Assembly (NCBI GenBank): GCA_963841915.1
Contig: CAWJEN010000005.1
Span: 320,001-384,000, forward strand
Direction: 5' to 3'
Length of the DNA stretch: 64,000 nucleotides
Source: an uncultured Planctomycetota bacterium
GTDB taxonomy: Bacteria > Planctomycetota > Phycisphaerae > Tepidisphaerales > Tepidisphaeraceae
Below are positions 12,120 through 22,136 of the stretch, piece by piece. A program made the position numbers and the translations under genes. The notes under the pieces were generated by a model. The model was not told where the DNA came from. It was given only the letters and a program-made list of their open reading frames with translations, and did no database searches. How positions within the stretch are numbered: position 1 is the stretch's first letter; the number at the start of each line of letters is the position of its first letter.

Positions 12120-12458
12120 ATGCAAATGATCGAGGCCATCGTCAAGCCGGACAAGCTTCCCGCCGTCCAGGCCGCACTTAAAGCAATCGGCGTCAGTGGG
12201 CTGACCGCCTTCGACGTCAAGGGCTACGGCCGCCAACTCGGCGAGACCGAGAGCTACCGCGGCGCCAAGGTCGAGGCCAGCTTCCTGCCCAAGGTCATGA
12301 TTCGGGCCGTCGTGCCCGCCACGGCGACCGATCAGGTCGTCGAGGCCATCACCAACGCAGCCCGCAGCGGCACCGTCGGTGACGGCAAGATCTTCATCTA
12401 CCCCGTCGCCAGCGTCGTCCGTATCCGGACCGGCGAACGCGACAATGACGCGCTGTAA
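12120..12458 (+). CDS. P-II family nitrogen regulator (GlnB/GlnK)
   Basis: 112 aa; GYGRQ, YRG, FLPKV, GDGKIF, RIRTGE; AGGAG upstream. Confidence 0.95.
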   Translation: MQMIEAIVKPDKLPAVQAALKAIGVSGLTAFDVKGYGRQLGETESYRGAKVEASFLPKVMIRAVVPATATDQVVEAITNAARSGTVGDGKIFIYPVASVVRIRTGERDNDAL

Positions 12459-12478
12459 GCACGTCTTGCACCTTTTAC

Positions 12479-12509
12479 GGGGCCGGGCTTTATCGCCCGG
12501 CCCCTTCTC
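12479..12509 (+). terminator. GC-rich hairpin, probable terminator after the PII gene
   Basis: GGGGCCGGGC-TTTATC-GCCCGGCCCC followed by TTCTC (weak U-tract). Confidence 0.55.
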
Positions 12510-12532
12510 GTGCGCCTCCGCTACCCTGCCGT

Positions 12533-13693
12533 GTGCCCGCAATCGACCACTACATCGGCAACAGTGACGTCTTCCCGGTCTTGGCCAGACGCGACTACTT
12601 CAACCACGCCGGCGTCAGCCCGATGCCCCGACCCGTCGGCGACGCGGTGCGGGCGTTCCTGGACCACTTCCACACCGACGCCTTTGTCGGCTTCGACTTT
12701 GCGGGCCCGATGGACAAGCTCCGCAACGCCGCCGCGACGGCCATCGGTGCTCACGGCGACGACATTGCCATCGTGACCAACACGAGCGAGGCTATCAGCC
12801 TCGTCGCGCTCGGGCTGGACCTGTCGCCCGGCGACCGCATCGTCATCAACGAAGGCGAATACCCGGCGAACGTTTATCCGTGGCAAGAAGCCTGTAATCG
12901 CGCAGGCGCAACCCTCGTCGTCGTTCCTGAGTCAACGACCGACGACGGCCAGACGCTCATTCGCGAGGACGACCTGATCGAGGCCTGCGACCATCCGCAC
13001 ACAAAGCTGCTGGCTGTCTCGCACGTGCAATGGGGTACGGGCCAGCTGGCCGACATCGTCAAGCTCGGCACCTTCTGCAAGTCGCGCGACATCCGCTTCA
13101 GCGTCGACGCCATCCAGTCGCTGGGCGTCATTCCAATCGATGTAGAGGCGGCTCATATCGACTTTCTGCAGGCCGGCGGGCACAAGTGGATGCTCGGCAC
13201 CATGGGGGCCGGCGTCTTGTACGTCCGCCGAGAGCGAATCGAGACGCTGCGGCCGGCGACCGTCGGCTGGGGCAGCGTGGTCGACCCGTTCGCGTGGGAG
13301 AAGATCGACTACACGCTCCGCCCGACTGCCCATCGATACGAGTACGGCTCGCCCGCGTTCGCCCCGCTCATCGCAGTCGGCGCAGGCCTGTCAATGCTGA
13401 CCGACATCGGCATCGACAACGTGCATGGCCTTGTCATGGCATTGGGTGAACGATTTGCTCAAGGCGTCGAGTCGCTCGGCTGCACCATCGCCGCCCGGCG
13501 ACGCGGCGGCGCGGTCTGCTTCACGCCGCCGGGTGACGAAGGTGCTGCTAAGACGCTGTACGAGTCGCTGAGCAAGCAGGACGACACGGAGCTAGCCAGT
13601 CGGTGTGGCCGCGTGCGGTTTGCCCCGCACTTCTACAACACCGAGTCACAAGTGGATCGCGTGCTCAATCGCATCGAGCATCGGCTCACTTGA
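12533..13693 (+). CDS. Aminotransferase class V PLP-dependent enzyme
   Basis: YFNHAGVSP, NTSEAI, EYPAN, VDAIQSLG, GGHKWM, HFYN. Confidence 0.9.
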   Translation: MPAIDHYIGNSDVFPVLARRDYFNHAGVSPMPRPVGDAVRAFLDHFHTDAFVGFDFAGPMDKLRNAAATAIGAHGDDIAIVTNTSEAISLVALGLDLSPGDRIVINEGEYPANVYPWQEACNRAGATLVVVPESTTDDGQTLIREDDLIEACDHPHTKLLAVSHVQWGTGQLADIVKLGTFCKSRDIRFSVDAIQSLGVIPIDVEAAHIDFLQAGGHKWMLGTMGAGVLYVRRERIETLRPATVGWGSVVDPFAWEKIDYTLRPTAHRYEYGSPAFAPLIAVGAGLSMLTDIGIDNVHGLVMALGERFAQGVESLGCTIAARRRGGAVCFTPPGDEGAAKTLYESLSKQDDTELASRCGRVRFAPHFYNTESQVDRVLNRIEHRLT

Positions 13694-14819
13694 GCCGCTC
13701 AAGCTCCTCGCGGGCAAAGGCGGCGTGGTCGTCGTCACCAATCTGCTCGAGCTCCTGGGCGGCACCGGTAAGGGTCACGACCGCCTCGGGCTTCTTGTCG
13801 AGGTAGCGGCTCTGCAGGAGGCCGAGCATGAGTCGCGCCTGGGCCGACTCTGCGTCACGTGGACGACCGTACCGCTCGAGATACCGCTCAAACGCCGTCG
13901 CCGCCGGGGCGTGCTTGCCATCGCGGTACAGGCTTTCGGCGATCGTGATCTGGTCAGGAGCAGGTAGAACCTGACGCTCATCAAGGGTGATAAGCCGGAC
14001 ATACTCCGCTGCGGCAAGGTGGATGTGCTTGGCGTCGAGGTGCTCGCGAATCTTGCCCTTAAGGTCTTGCGTTTGCTGGGCGACAGGGTCGGCCAGCTCC
14101 TTGGGCAAAATATCCGTGGCCGAGCTGTGGGCTTGATTGGTGTTACGGCGAGCCTTCTTTTCGCGTCGTTGTGCGAGTAGACCGAAAACAGTGGGCGTGG
14201 TGACGGGGACAAGCTTTGCCTTGTCGAGCAGCAGCCCGACGCCGAAGCCGTAGACCGCCCCACCGACGTGGGCCCAACGGGCGACGCCGGAGCTGTTACC
14301 GAGCAGCAGGCTGTCGAGGCCGCCGAGCAGGTCGATGACAAAGTAGATTCCGATGAACCAGACGGCCGGCACGGAAATCATCGTGATAATGAAGAACAAG
14401 AAGAGCAATTGCACGCGTGCCCGCGGGAACATCGCCAGGTACAGGCCGGTCACCGCCGTCACGCCACCCGAGGCACCGAGGGCCGGATTGTCTGCCAGCA
14501 GGCTGTGCACGAGGCTCGCCGCGACGACACCGCCCAGGAAGAAGGCGATGTAGCCGACATGCCCCAGCAGGTCGTCAAGGTCGTTTCCGAAGATGTAGAG
14601 AAACAGCAGGTTGCTCAGCAGATGCATCCACCCGCCGTGCAGGAAACCGCTGCCGACCATGCCCCACAGCGACGGCTCGTACGGCCGAAGCAGCAGTGTC
14701 GACTCGACCACCGGCATCCATGTCTGAATGAGAAACATGACCGCAATGACACCAATGAGCCCGGTGTTGGCCCACGGCGTCCGCCGGTGCATGCGATCTG
14801 TCCGGAGCGGGAGAAGCAC
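13686..14819 (-). CDS. Rhomboid family serine protease with C-terminal TPR-like domain
   Basis: FLHGGWMHLLSN, GASGG, WAHVGG; helical C-terminus; GTG 14819 chosen as start. Confidence 0.88.
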   Translation of the reverse strand: MLLPLRTDRMHRRTPWANTGLIGVIAVMFLIQTWMPVVESTLLLRPYEPSLWGMVGSGFLHGGWMHLLSNLLFLYIFGNDLDDLLGHVGYIAFFLGGVVAASLVHSLLADNPALGASGGVTAVTGLYLAMFPRARVQLLFLFFIITMISVPAVWFIGIYFVIDLLGGLDSLLLGNSSGVARWAHVGGAVYGFGVGLLLDKAKLVPVTTPTVFGLLAQRREKKARRNTNQAHSSATDILPKELADPVAQQTQDLKGKIREHLDAKHIHLAAAEYVRLITLDERQVLPAPDQITIAESLYRDGKHAPAATAFERYLERYGRPRDAESAQARLMLGLLQSRYLDKKPEAVVTLTGAAQELEQIGDDDHAAFAREELERLK

Positions 14820-14899
14820 GCGGAAGCTTAGAGACGAGTAACAAGCAATGAGCAACGAGAGCCGGATCGGCGTCTTCTACTCGCTCATGAATTGCTTCG

Positions 14900-16444
14900 T
14901 TAGCCGCGCGTCATCCAGCGAAGCATTTCACCCATGCCTGCCGCCTTCTCGCTTCGGAGCATGCCGTGGCGGAAGATGCGGCCTGCGAGCCAGACGAGGA
15001 AGATCGTCGTCAGCACGCTCAGCCCGGCGGCGAGGAACCGTTCGGCCGTCGGCATGCCGTCCCGTACGCCGATCCGCATCACGCTCGTGATCGGCGTCGT
15101 CAGCGGGAACCACGTGAAAATGTGTGCCAGCGGCCCTTGCGGGTTCTGTGCCACGTTAATGGCCACCAGGGCTGGCAGCATCGGCAAGAGCACGACCGGC
15201 GTCTGCAGGTTTTGAGCTTCTTTCAGGTTCGTCACGGCCGCACCGACGGCGACGCTCATCGCGCCGACCATCAGCGTCGCCAGGCTGGCAAAGATGGCGA
15301 ACCAAATCAAGACGTCGAAGCCGAGCTGCTGCAGGACGCCGAATTGCAGCGCCACAATGAGCCCGCCGGCACCGTAGATGGCGGCCAGGGTGAGGCTGAT
15401 CGCCACGCCACCCAGCAGCTTGCCGAGCATGAGCTCGAATGGCCGCACGCTGCCGAGCAACACTTCGGCGATGCGCATCTGCTTTTCTTCGATGATGTTC
15501 GTCGTCAGCGGGAAGGCGGCGGTGCCGATGAGGCCGAAGAGCAGAAATACACTCATCACCGGGACGAGAATCGAGGCCAGCAGGTTGGGCTCGGCCTCGT
15601 AGCTGACGCCGCCGTCGCTGGCCTTTGTCGCCAGTGGTCGCTGGTTGACCGCCATCGGCTGCATGATGTCGGCGAACTGCTCGCGCGGGATCTCGATGCC
15701 GTCGATACCTTTCAGTTTCCGGTACTGGACGGCCGGCGTGAGGGTGCCACGAATCCAGTTGCTCACGTCGAGATTCGTCGTGCTTTTTGACGAATAGCGA
15801 ATGCTGTAGAGGTCCTGCAACGCCTGCACCTCCGGTGGCAGCGTCGCTGTGAGCATGCTCACCATGCTTGTCGTGTCGACGTCGATATCCTCAGCGGCTT
15901 CCTTGGCCTTGGCAGCGGCGAGCGCAAGGTTGATGAGGTCTTCGGGCTTCGTCGCTACGACGTTGGGACCGATCTCGACGAAGGCGAACAAGTCGCCGTC
16001 ACGCACGCGATCACTTAGCTCGAGTCGAAGCTGCTCCAGGGCATCGGCGTCGTCAGTCTCCGGCAGGATCGGGACGACCTCGTAAGGCGCCGCATCGAAC
16101 TTGCCGTCGTCGCCGGTGATCTCTTCGTTGCGATTTTGAGCCGCCTCGATGAGAAGCTGGTACAGAGGTCTCTGATCTTCGGGCACAGTCAGACCAGCAC
16201 CCTGCAGCGCTCGATCAACTAAGCCAGGCGTTGCTGGTTCCGTCGTGTCCCCCTCTTGATTCAACGCAGCGCGGTCGATGACTGCGATTTTCTTCGGCGT
16301 CGTGTCGACCACATCGCGCGACAGTTTACCGACGAGCATGCCGCCCCCGACGAGGACCGGCATCAGGGCGATTGAGACGACAAAGCTCTTGGTCTTGACG
16401 GCCGCGAGATAGTCGCGAAGAGCGATGACAAAGGTTTTCCGCAT
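14900..16444 (-). CDS. ABC-2 type transporter permease (NatB-like)
   Basis: 1+5 TM layout, large periplasmic loop, IIEEKQMRIAEVLL, GKLLG. Confidence 0.88.
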   Translation of the reverse strand: MRKTFVIALRDYLAAVKTKSFVVSIALMPVLVGGGMLVGKLSRDVVDTTPKKIAVIDRAALNQEGDTTEPATPGLVDRALQGAGLTVPEDQRPLYQLLIEAAQNRNEEITGDDGKFDAAPYEVVPILPETDDADALEQLRLELSDRVRDGDLFAFVEIGPNVVATKPEDLINLALAAAKAKEAAEDIDVDTTSMVSMLTATLPPEVQALQDLYSIRYSSKSTTNLDVSNWIRGTLTPAVQYRKLKGIDGIEIPREQFADIMQPMAVNQRPLATKASDGGVSYEAEPNLLASILVPVMSVFLLFGLIGTAAFPLTTNIIEEKQMRIAEVLLGSVRPFELMLGKLLGGVAISLTLAAIYGAGGLIVALQFGVLQQLGFDVLIWFAIFASLATLMVGAMSVAVGAAVTNLKEAQNLQTPVVLLPMLPALVAINVAQNPQGPLAHIFTWFPLTTPITSVMRIGVRDGMPTAERFLAAGLSVLTTIFLVWLAGRIFRHGMLRSEKAAGMGEMLRWMTRG

Positions 16445-16476
16445 AAAGGTCGAGCTGGTTGTCTAGGAGGTGCGGA

Positions 16477-17412
16477 TTACTGCGCTACTGCCACAGAGGC
16501 GGGCGTTATGTCTTCGCTGGGCCGGGCGATGCGGACAAAGATGTCGTGCAGGTTCGGCTGCGTGACCTCGAAGTGCTTGACGCGGCCCAGCAGCATCAAA
16601 TTGGCCAGCGCCTGCTGCTCATCGGCCATGGGTTCAAGCGTCAGTTCCTGCGTCTGGCCCAGATCACGGACGCGGGCGATGCCGGGCAGCTTCTCCATTT
16701 TCGAGCCGTCGACCCCCTCGACGTCGACGCGAATCGTGTCGGTGCCGTACTCGCGGCGGATGTCGGCCAGGCTGCCGTCCAGCACCTTGTCGCCCTTGTA
16801 GATCATGAAGATGCGGTCACACATCTGCTCGGCCGTGGCCATGTCATGGGTCGAGAAAATGACCGTCGTGCCACCGCGGCGGAGGTCGTTGATCTGATCG
16901 GTCATGATGTCCCGGTTGACCGGGTCCAGGCCGCTGAACACCTCGTCGAGCAGAACCAGCTTGGGCTTGCTGATGACGGTTGCTATGAATTGCACCTTCT
17001 GGCTCATGCCCTTGGACAACTGCTCGACCTTGCTGTCCCGCCATTTGCCCAGATCGAGCTTTTCGAGCCATTCGTCGATGCTTTGCTTCGACGCGTCGGC
17101 CCCCTTGATCTGCGCGTAGAACCGCAGGACCTCGCGGACCTTCATCTGCTTGTACAGCCCGCGCTCTTCGGGCAGGTAGGCGACACGGTCATCGGGGCGG
17201 TCGCTGTTGGTGCGCTCCAGCACGGTGACATCGCCCCGATCCTGCTCGTGGATCCGCATGATCATGCGGAGGGTCGTCGTCTTGCCCGAGCCGTTGGGCC
17301 CGATGAAGCCGTAGCACGACCCGGCTGGTACGGCCAGCGTCAGATCGTTGACGGCCGTGTGTTTGCCGTAGGTCTTGGTGACGTTGCTGAGGGTAACTGC
17401 GTCGACTGGCAT
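16477..17412 (-). CDS. ABC transporter ATP-binding protein (NatA-like)
   Basis: GPNGSGKTT, LSKGM, LLDEVFSGLDP, STH. Confidence 0.93.
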   Translation of the reverse strand: MPVDAVTLSNVTKTYGKHTAVNDLTLAVPAGSCYGFIGPNGSGKTTTLRMIMRIHEQDRGDVTVLERTNSDRPDDRVAYLPEERGLYKQMKVREVLRFYAQIKGADASKQSIDEWLEKLDLGKWRDSKVEQLSKGMSQKVQFIATVISKPKLVLLDEVFSGLDPVNRDIMTDQINDLRRGGTTVIFSTHDMATAEQMCDRIFMIYKGDKVLDGSLADIRREYGTDTIRVDVEGVDGSKMEKLPGIARVRDLGQTQELTLEPMADEQQALANLMLLGRVKHFEVTQPNLHDIFVRIARPSEDITPASVAVAQ

Positions 17413-17609
17413 GAGCGTCCGGGCTAAAACGACGCCAATTCTGGCGACGCGGCGGGCGACTGTAGCCGTCAACCCGTCGACTGCGACTGTGCCACACGTC
17501 CCATACCCACCGCACCGGTCGCGGTGACAGCCGTTCCTGACGGCTCACGACGCAGGCAAACAACATCTCAGCAGCCGGTGCTGCTTCCAACCTGCTCCTA
17601 CGTTGCTGC

Positions 17610-18605
17610 ATGGAAGCGCCCGCCGACGCCGTCGAACGACTTGTTGCCATGGGCCATGAAGTGAGGCGACGCGTGATGCAAAGCCGAATGACACCCGACG
17701 CCATGGCCAGCGTCGAACGATCCGACGAGGCCGACACGATCTACGCCATCGACGCGGTCGTCGAGCCGGCCATCGAGGCCGCGTGCGAGGCGTGGGGCCA
17801 GGAGACGTCGCTCGTGCTCATTGCCGAGGGCGTCCTGGACGAGAACGGCAACGAGGCTGCAAGCGTCTTTCCGCGTGGAACGTCTGCTGACGACGCCGAA
17901 ATTCGCGTCATCATCGACCCGATCGACGGCACGCGTGGCCTTATGTACGACAAACGCCCCGCGTGGTTCCTCGCGGCCGTCGCGCCGAACAACGGCGACG
18001 CAACGCGGCTGCGGGACTGCGTGGCGAGCGTCATGATCGAGCTGCCGACGACGAAGATGGGCTGGGCCGACACCGCCACCGCCACTAAAGGCGGCGGCGC
18101 GACCGTCACCCGCACCGACCTTCGCGACGGCAGCGTCACCACATTGACGCCGCAACCGAGCCGGGCGACGAGGATCGACCATGGCTTTGCGCAGATCAGC
18201 GACTTCTTCCCCGGCACCAAGGTGCTTGCCGGTGAGATGATGGAGCACATCGTCGAGCAGCTCATCGGCAAGGCGGACGTCACGCGGGCGACGGTGTTCG
18301 AAGATCAGTACATCTCGACAGGCGGGCAGTGGTACGAGCTCATCAGCGGCCGCGACCGCTTCAACGCTGACCTACGCCCCGTCTTTTACAAGATGCAGGG
18401 CCAGCCCGAGGGCCTGTGCTGCCACCCGTACGACTGTGCCGGCCTGCTCATCGCCGAAGAGGCGGGCGCGGTCATCACCGACGCCGACGGCCAGCCGCTC
18501 GACTGCCCGCTCGACGTGACAACGGGTGTGAGTTGGGTCGGCTATGCGAATGACCAGCTGCGCGACTCGATCGAGCCGATCGTGCGGTCGTTCCTGAGCC
18601 GGTGA
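17610..18605 (+). CDS. Inositol monophosphatase family protein
   Basis: IAEG, IIDPIDGT, HPYDCAG. Confidence 0.85.
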   Translation: MEAPADAVERLVAMGHEVRRRVMQSRMTPDAMASVERSDEADTIYAIDAVVEPAIEAACEAWGQETSLVLIAEGVLDENGNEAASVFPRGTSADDAEIRVIIDPIDGTRGLMYDKRPAWFLAAVAPNNGDATRLRDCVASVMIELPTTKMGWADTATATKGGGATVTRTDLRDGSVTTLTPQPSRATRIDHGFAQISDFFPGTKVLAGEMMEHIVEQLIGKADVTRATVFEDQYISTGGQWYELISGRDRFNADLRPVFYKMQGQPEGLCCHPYDCAGLLIAEEAGAVITDADGQPLDCPLDVTTGVSWVGYANDQLRDSIEPIVRSFLSR

Positions 18606-18627
18606 GTCGAGGCTCCTAAAGTGCCCC

Positions 18628-21108
18628 ATGCGCACTTTGGCCTTTGCAGCGCTGCTTGCCGTTTCCGTCGTTTCACCGGCCGTCGCGCACGACGCGACCG
18701 GCCGGATGATCTCTCGGCTGCTCCCCGAACCACGACCCGAGGGCCAAGAGCCGCCGGCCTATCTGGACGAGGCCGACATCGCCGCCTTCGACCTCGCGGG
18801 CAGCCGGTACAAGCGCGTCATCTGGAGCAAGCAAGCCGATCCGCTTGTTCGTGCCGAAGCGTTGGCAGCGTTGGGGAATTACGACGCAGCCGTTGCGCTT
18901 CTTGACGATGAAGAGAGCGTTACGTCGCTCGTCCTGCTCGGCAAGATCGAGCGGAATCGGCTGCACTTTGCAGCGTCTGCCGATGCTTTTCAGCGGGCGA
19001 TCGAACAGGACAGTCGCTCGTTTGCCGCGCGCAGCGGGCTGGGTATGACGCTCGAAGCGGCCGGCGACGTCGAGGCGGCTGTCGAGGCTTATCGATGGTT
19101 TGACGACAACGACGTTCTGCGGAACTTCTACGCGAATCAGGAAGCCTACGAAGACGCCGACGAACTCGTCGCCGCGGCGGTTGCAATGGATCGGTTGGCG
19201 ACCATCACCTTTGCCTACCGCGACGTGCCGGACCTGCACGACGACGTGCTCGGCATGCTCGTCTATGCCTACGACACCATCGACCGCGGCAATGCCGACG
19301 CCCGCACGGCCGCGGCGTCTTTCCTGTACAGCCGCAGCGATCTGGCCGCCGCGTTGGAAGAGCTGCAGGTCGCGGCAACGGCACGGCCGTTCGACCACGA
19401 TTCGCTCGCCCTTTTCGGCCGCATCCACCTCGACCGCTACGGCTTCGACAAGGCGGCGGCCGTCATCGACCAGCTTCGCCGCGTCGATCCCGCGTCGCGC
19501 ACAGCCAACCTCCTCGAAGCTCGTTCGCTCCTGCTCCAACGGCAACCCGAGCGAGCCCGGCCGGCCATCGATCGACTGCTGGCTGTCAATCCGAATGACA
19601 TCGAAGCGCTTGGATCACTGGCGGCGGTGCATGCAATGCGGCTGGATTTTGAAGCGTCCGATGCCGTCCTGGCTCAAGTCGAAGCGCTGGATTCCGACGA
19701 CACGCGAGCCCACTTCATCGTCGGTGAGCAACTGGCCATCCGTCGGCAGTACGACCGGGCGGCAGACGTGCTCGGGCTCGTCGTTCAGCGTGCGCCGTGG
19801 TGGACGCAAGGGCGGAACGAGTTGGGGAAGCTGCTCGTGCAGGCCGGTCGAGAGGCCGAAGCCATCGCGCAGCTGACGGCTGCGGCGCAGCTCGATCCGT
19901 TCGATGCCAACATCGCCAACTATCTTGCGCTGCTGAACGAGCTGTCCGCATTCGAGCGACGGGCGACGGAGCATTTTGTCGTCCGCCACGACGCCGATCA
20001 TCCGGCCGACGGTCTCGTCGGTGAGGTCATGGCGGGCTGGCTCGACGGCATGCACGCCGACGTCGCAGGCGAATACGGATGGGAGCCCGACATTCCGACC
20101 GACATCCAGATCTTCCCGACGCACGACCGATTCAGCGTCCGCGTTGCTGGCGATCCGTACGTCGGCACGGTCGGAGCTTGCACCGGTCCCGTCATCGCGC
20201 TCGTCGCACCGGCCGACCGGTCGGAAACGCTCGGCAGCTTCGACTGGGCCCGCGTCATGCGGCACGAATACGTGCACACGATTACGCTCGGTGCGACGGG
20301 TAATCGCGTGTGGCACTGGCTGACCGAAGGTCTTGCCGTCCGCGGCGAACTGAGTCCGCCGTCGCAGGAACAGCTCTCGCTCCTCAGCACTGCGACGTTG
20401 ACCGGCGGCTTGTTCGGCATCGAAGACCTGACGTGGGGCTTCGTCCGGCCGCAGAAGCCGACGGACCGTTCGCAGGCCTATGCACAGTCATGGATGGTGA
20501 CGGAGTACCTGGCCGAGCGGTACGGCGAGCGGGCGCCATACGACGTGCTGGAGGCCAGCGGCCGCGGGCTGACGGAGCGTGAGGCGCTGGCCGAGCTGTA
20601 CGACCTGACGCCCGCCGATTTCGATGCGGCCTTCGCGGTCTGGATGAGCGACAAGGTCGCCGCCTGGGGTCACGACGCGGCGTCGTCGATCAACTACAAG
20701 AAGCACGTCACGGCCGGCGAGGCGGCGGTGCGGCAGCGCGATTGGCCGGCCGCCATCGAGGCCTACGAAGCTGCCCAGCAAGACCGCCCGCTCGATGAGG
20801 GGCCGATGCGTCGATTGGCAGCATTGTACTCGCTGACCGAGCGCAAAGCAGACGCGGCTGAGCTGTTTTGGGAACTGTCGGCGCGCACGACCTCCGACGC
20901 CCGCTTTGCCATGCAGGCGGCGAAGTTGTGGCTGGAACTCGGCGACAAGCGCGCCCTCGATGCCGCAACGCGTGCCATGCACGGCAACACGTACGACCGC
21001 GAAACGCACGAGCTTCTCCTGCAAGCCGCCGAAGCGGTCGGCGACGACGCTCTGGTCGAGAGGCAACAGGCCGTGCTGCGCACGCTCGATGGGCTTGCCG
21101 TCGAGTAA
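18628..21108 (+). CDS. Secreted TPR-repeat protein with gluzincin-like (peptidase MA-like) zinc domain
   Basis: Signal peptide, multiple TPRs, RHEYVH followed by WLTEGLA. Confidence 0.8.
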   Translation: MRTLAFAALLAVSVVSPAVAHDATGRMISRLLPEPRPEGQEPPAYLDEADIAAFDLAGSRYKRVIWSKQADPLVRAEALAALGNYDAAVALLDDEESVTSLVLLGKIERNRLHFAASADAFQRAIEQDSRSFAARSGLGMTLEAAGDVEAAVEAYRWFDDNDVLRNFYANQEAYEDADELVAAAVAMDRLATITFAYRDVPDLHDDVLGMLVYAYDTIDRGNADARTAAASFLYSRSDLAAALEELQVAATARPFDHDSLALFGRIHLDRYGFDKAAAVIDQLRRVDPASRTANLLEARSLLLQRQPERARPAIDRLLAVNPNDIEALGSLAAVHAMRLDFEASDAVLAQVEALDSDDTRAHFIVGEQLAIRRQYDRAADVLGLVVQRAPWWTQGRNELGKLLVQAGREAEAIAQLTAAAQLDPFDANIANYLALLNELSAFERRATEHFVVRHDADHPADGLVGEVMAGWLDGMHADVAGEYGWEPDIPTDIQIFPTHDRFSVRVAGDPYVGTVGACTGPVIALVAPADRSETLGSFDWARVMRHEYVHTITLGATGNRVWHWLTEGLAVRGELSPPSQEQLSLLSTATLTGGLFGIEDLTWGFVRPQKPTDRSQAYAQSWMVTEYLAERYGERAPYDVLEASGRGLTEREALAELYDLTPADFDAAFAVWMSDKVAAWGHDAASSINYKKHVTAGEAAVRQRDWPAAIEAYEAAQQDRPLDEGPMRRLAALYSLTERKADAAELFWELSARTTSDARFAMQAAKLWLELGDKRALDAATRAMHGNTYDRETHELLLQAAEAVGDDALVERQQAVLRTLDGLAVE

Positions 21109-21178
21109 GCAGCAACGGAACCGCGATCCCACGGACCGCGTCTCAACAGAGGATGGGCGATCCGATACAGTCCGCCGC

Positions 21179-22126
21179 ATGTCTGACGCGTCCGAGATCG
21201 GCGGAACCTGCATGCGGTGCGGCTACGACCTGACGGGCCTCGACGACCGGCGGCCCTGTCCAGAGTGCGGCCTGCTCGCGGGTATCAGCCGCAAGAGCGG
21301 CGATGCGTTGCGTGACAATCACCCGCGTTGGCTGGGCCGCCTGACGCTGGGCGTCTGTTGCCTTGCCGTGGCGGTGCTGACGCTGCCGCTCATCGGAGTC
21401 GGCGTCGCGCTGCTCGACCGAGTCATCATGGCCCTCACGATGCAGGCGACAGGCCCTCGATTTTGGGTATTTCGAGCTCCGTCAATTCTTACTCTCGCAA
21501 CACCTGTAGACTGGGTGCTCATCGCGACGGGCTGCCTTCTGGCGCTGCTGCCCGTCTTGCTCTTGCCGATCGGCCTGTTCCTCATCGGCAACCGATCGAG
21601 CTACACGGGCGGGCCGGGTCACCGCTTCCGACACCTCGGCGTGCGACTGCTGCCGATCGTGCCGCTCGTCGCGGTGCTGATGAGCCTCGCGGACACCTTG
21701 GATCTCCTGGACAGCCTGGGCACTGGGGCGGCCCGAATCGCTTCTCAACTCGGCCCCTATGCGGCCATTCTCTCCTTCGCGGCAGTCGGGTGGATCAGCA
21801 TCGTCGTTTCCCTTCGCCTCCGCCGACTCGCCGAACGAGCACCGGCACCGCTACTGGCAGCCGACAGCCCGATCATCGGCGTCGTGGTCGGCGTCATCCT
21901 CATCGTCGGCTCCGCCTTCATGCTGTCGCTCTACAGCGAGCTGTTCCGCGTGCCAGGGCAGGGCCTGCTGATGTCGATTGTCTTCACAACCGTCGTCGTT
22001 TTTGTAAGCGTGCTCATCGCTGCGTTGATCTGGTCGGTCTACCTGCTCATCCGCTACGCCATCGCCTTTGCGTCGACGCGGCGGCAAGCGCTTCAGGCTT
22101 TCGCCGAGGCCGACCGATCGGGTTAG
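21179..22126 (+). CDS. Membrane protein with N-terminal zinc ribbon
   Basis: CMRCGYDLTGL..CPECG then about 6 TM segments. Confidence 0.75.
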   Translation: MSDASEIGGTCMRCGYDLTGLDDRRPCPECGLLAGISRKSGDALRDNHPRWLGRLTLGVCCLAVAVLTLPLIGVGVALLDRVIMALTMQATGPRFWVFRAPSILTLATPVDWVLIATGCLLALLPVLLLPIGLFLIGNRSSYTGGPGHRFRHLGVRLLPIVPLVAVLMSLADTLDLLDSLGTGAARIASQLGPYAAILSFAAVGWISIVVSLRLRRLAERAPAPLLAADSPIIGVVVGVILIVGSAFMLSLYSELFRVPGQGLLMSIVFTTVVVFVSVLIAALIWSVYLLIRYAIAFASTRRQALQAFAEADRSG

Positions 22127-22136
22127 ACTCAGGTCC

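Noticed and set aside
12120..12458. Cyanobacterial-type PII-NAGK regulation with argB in this window
   Set aside because: Signature residues R45, S49 and E85 are S45, A49 and T85 here
12533..13693. Calling the class V enzyme SufS or IscS
   Set aside because: No RxGHHCA or SSGSACTS catalytic loop; left as generic class V
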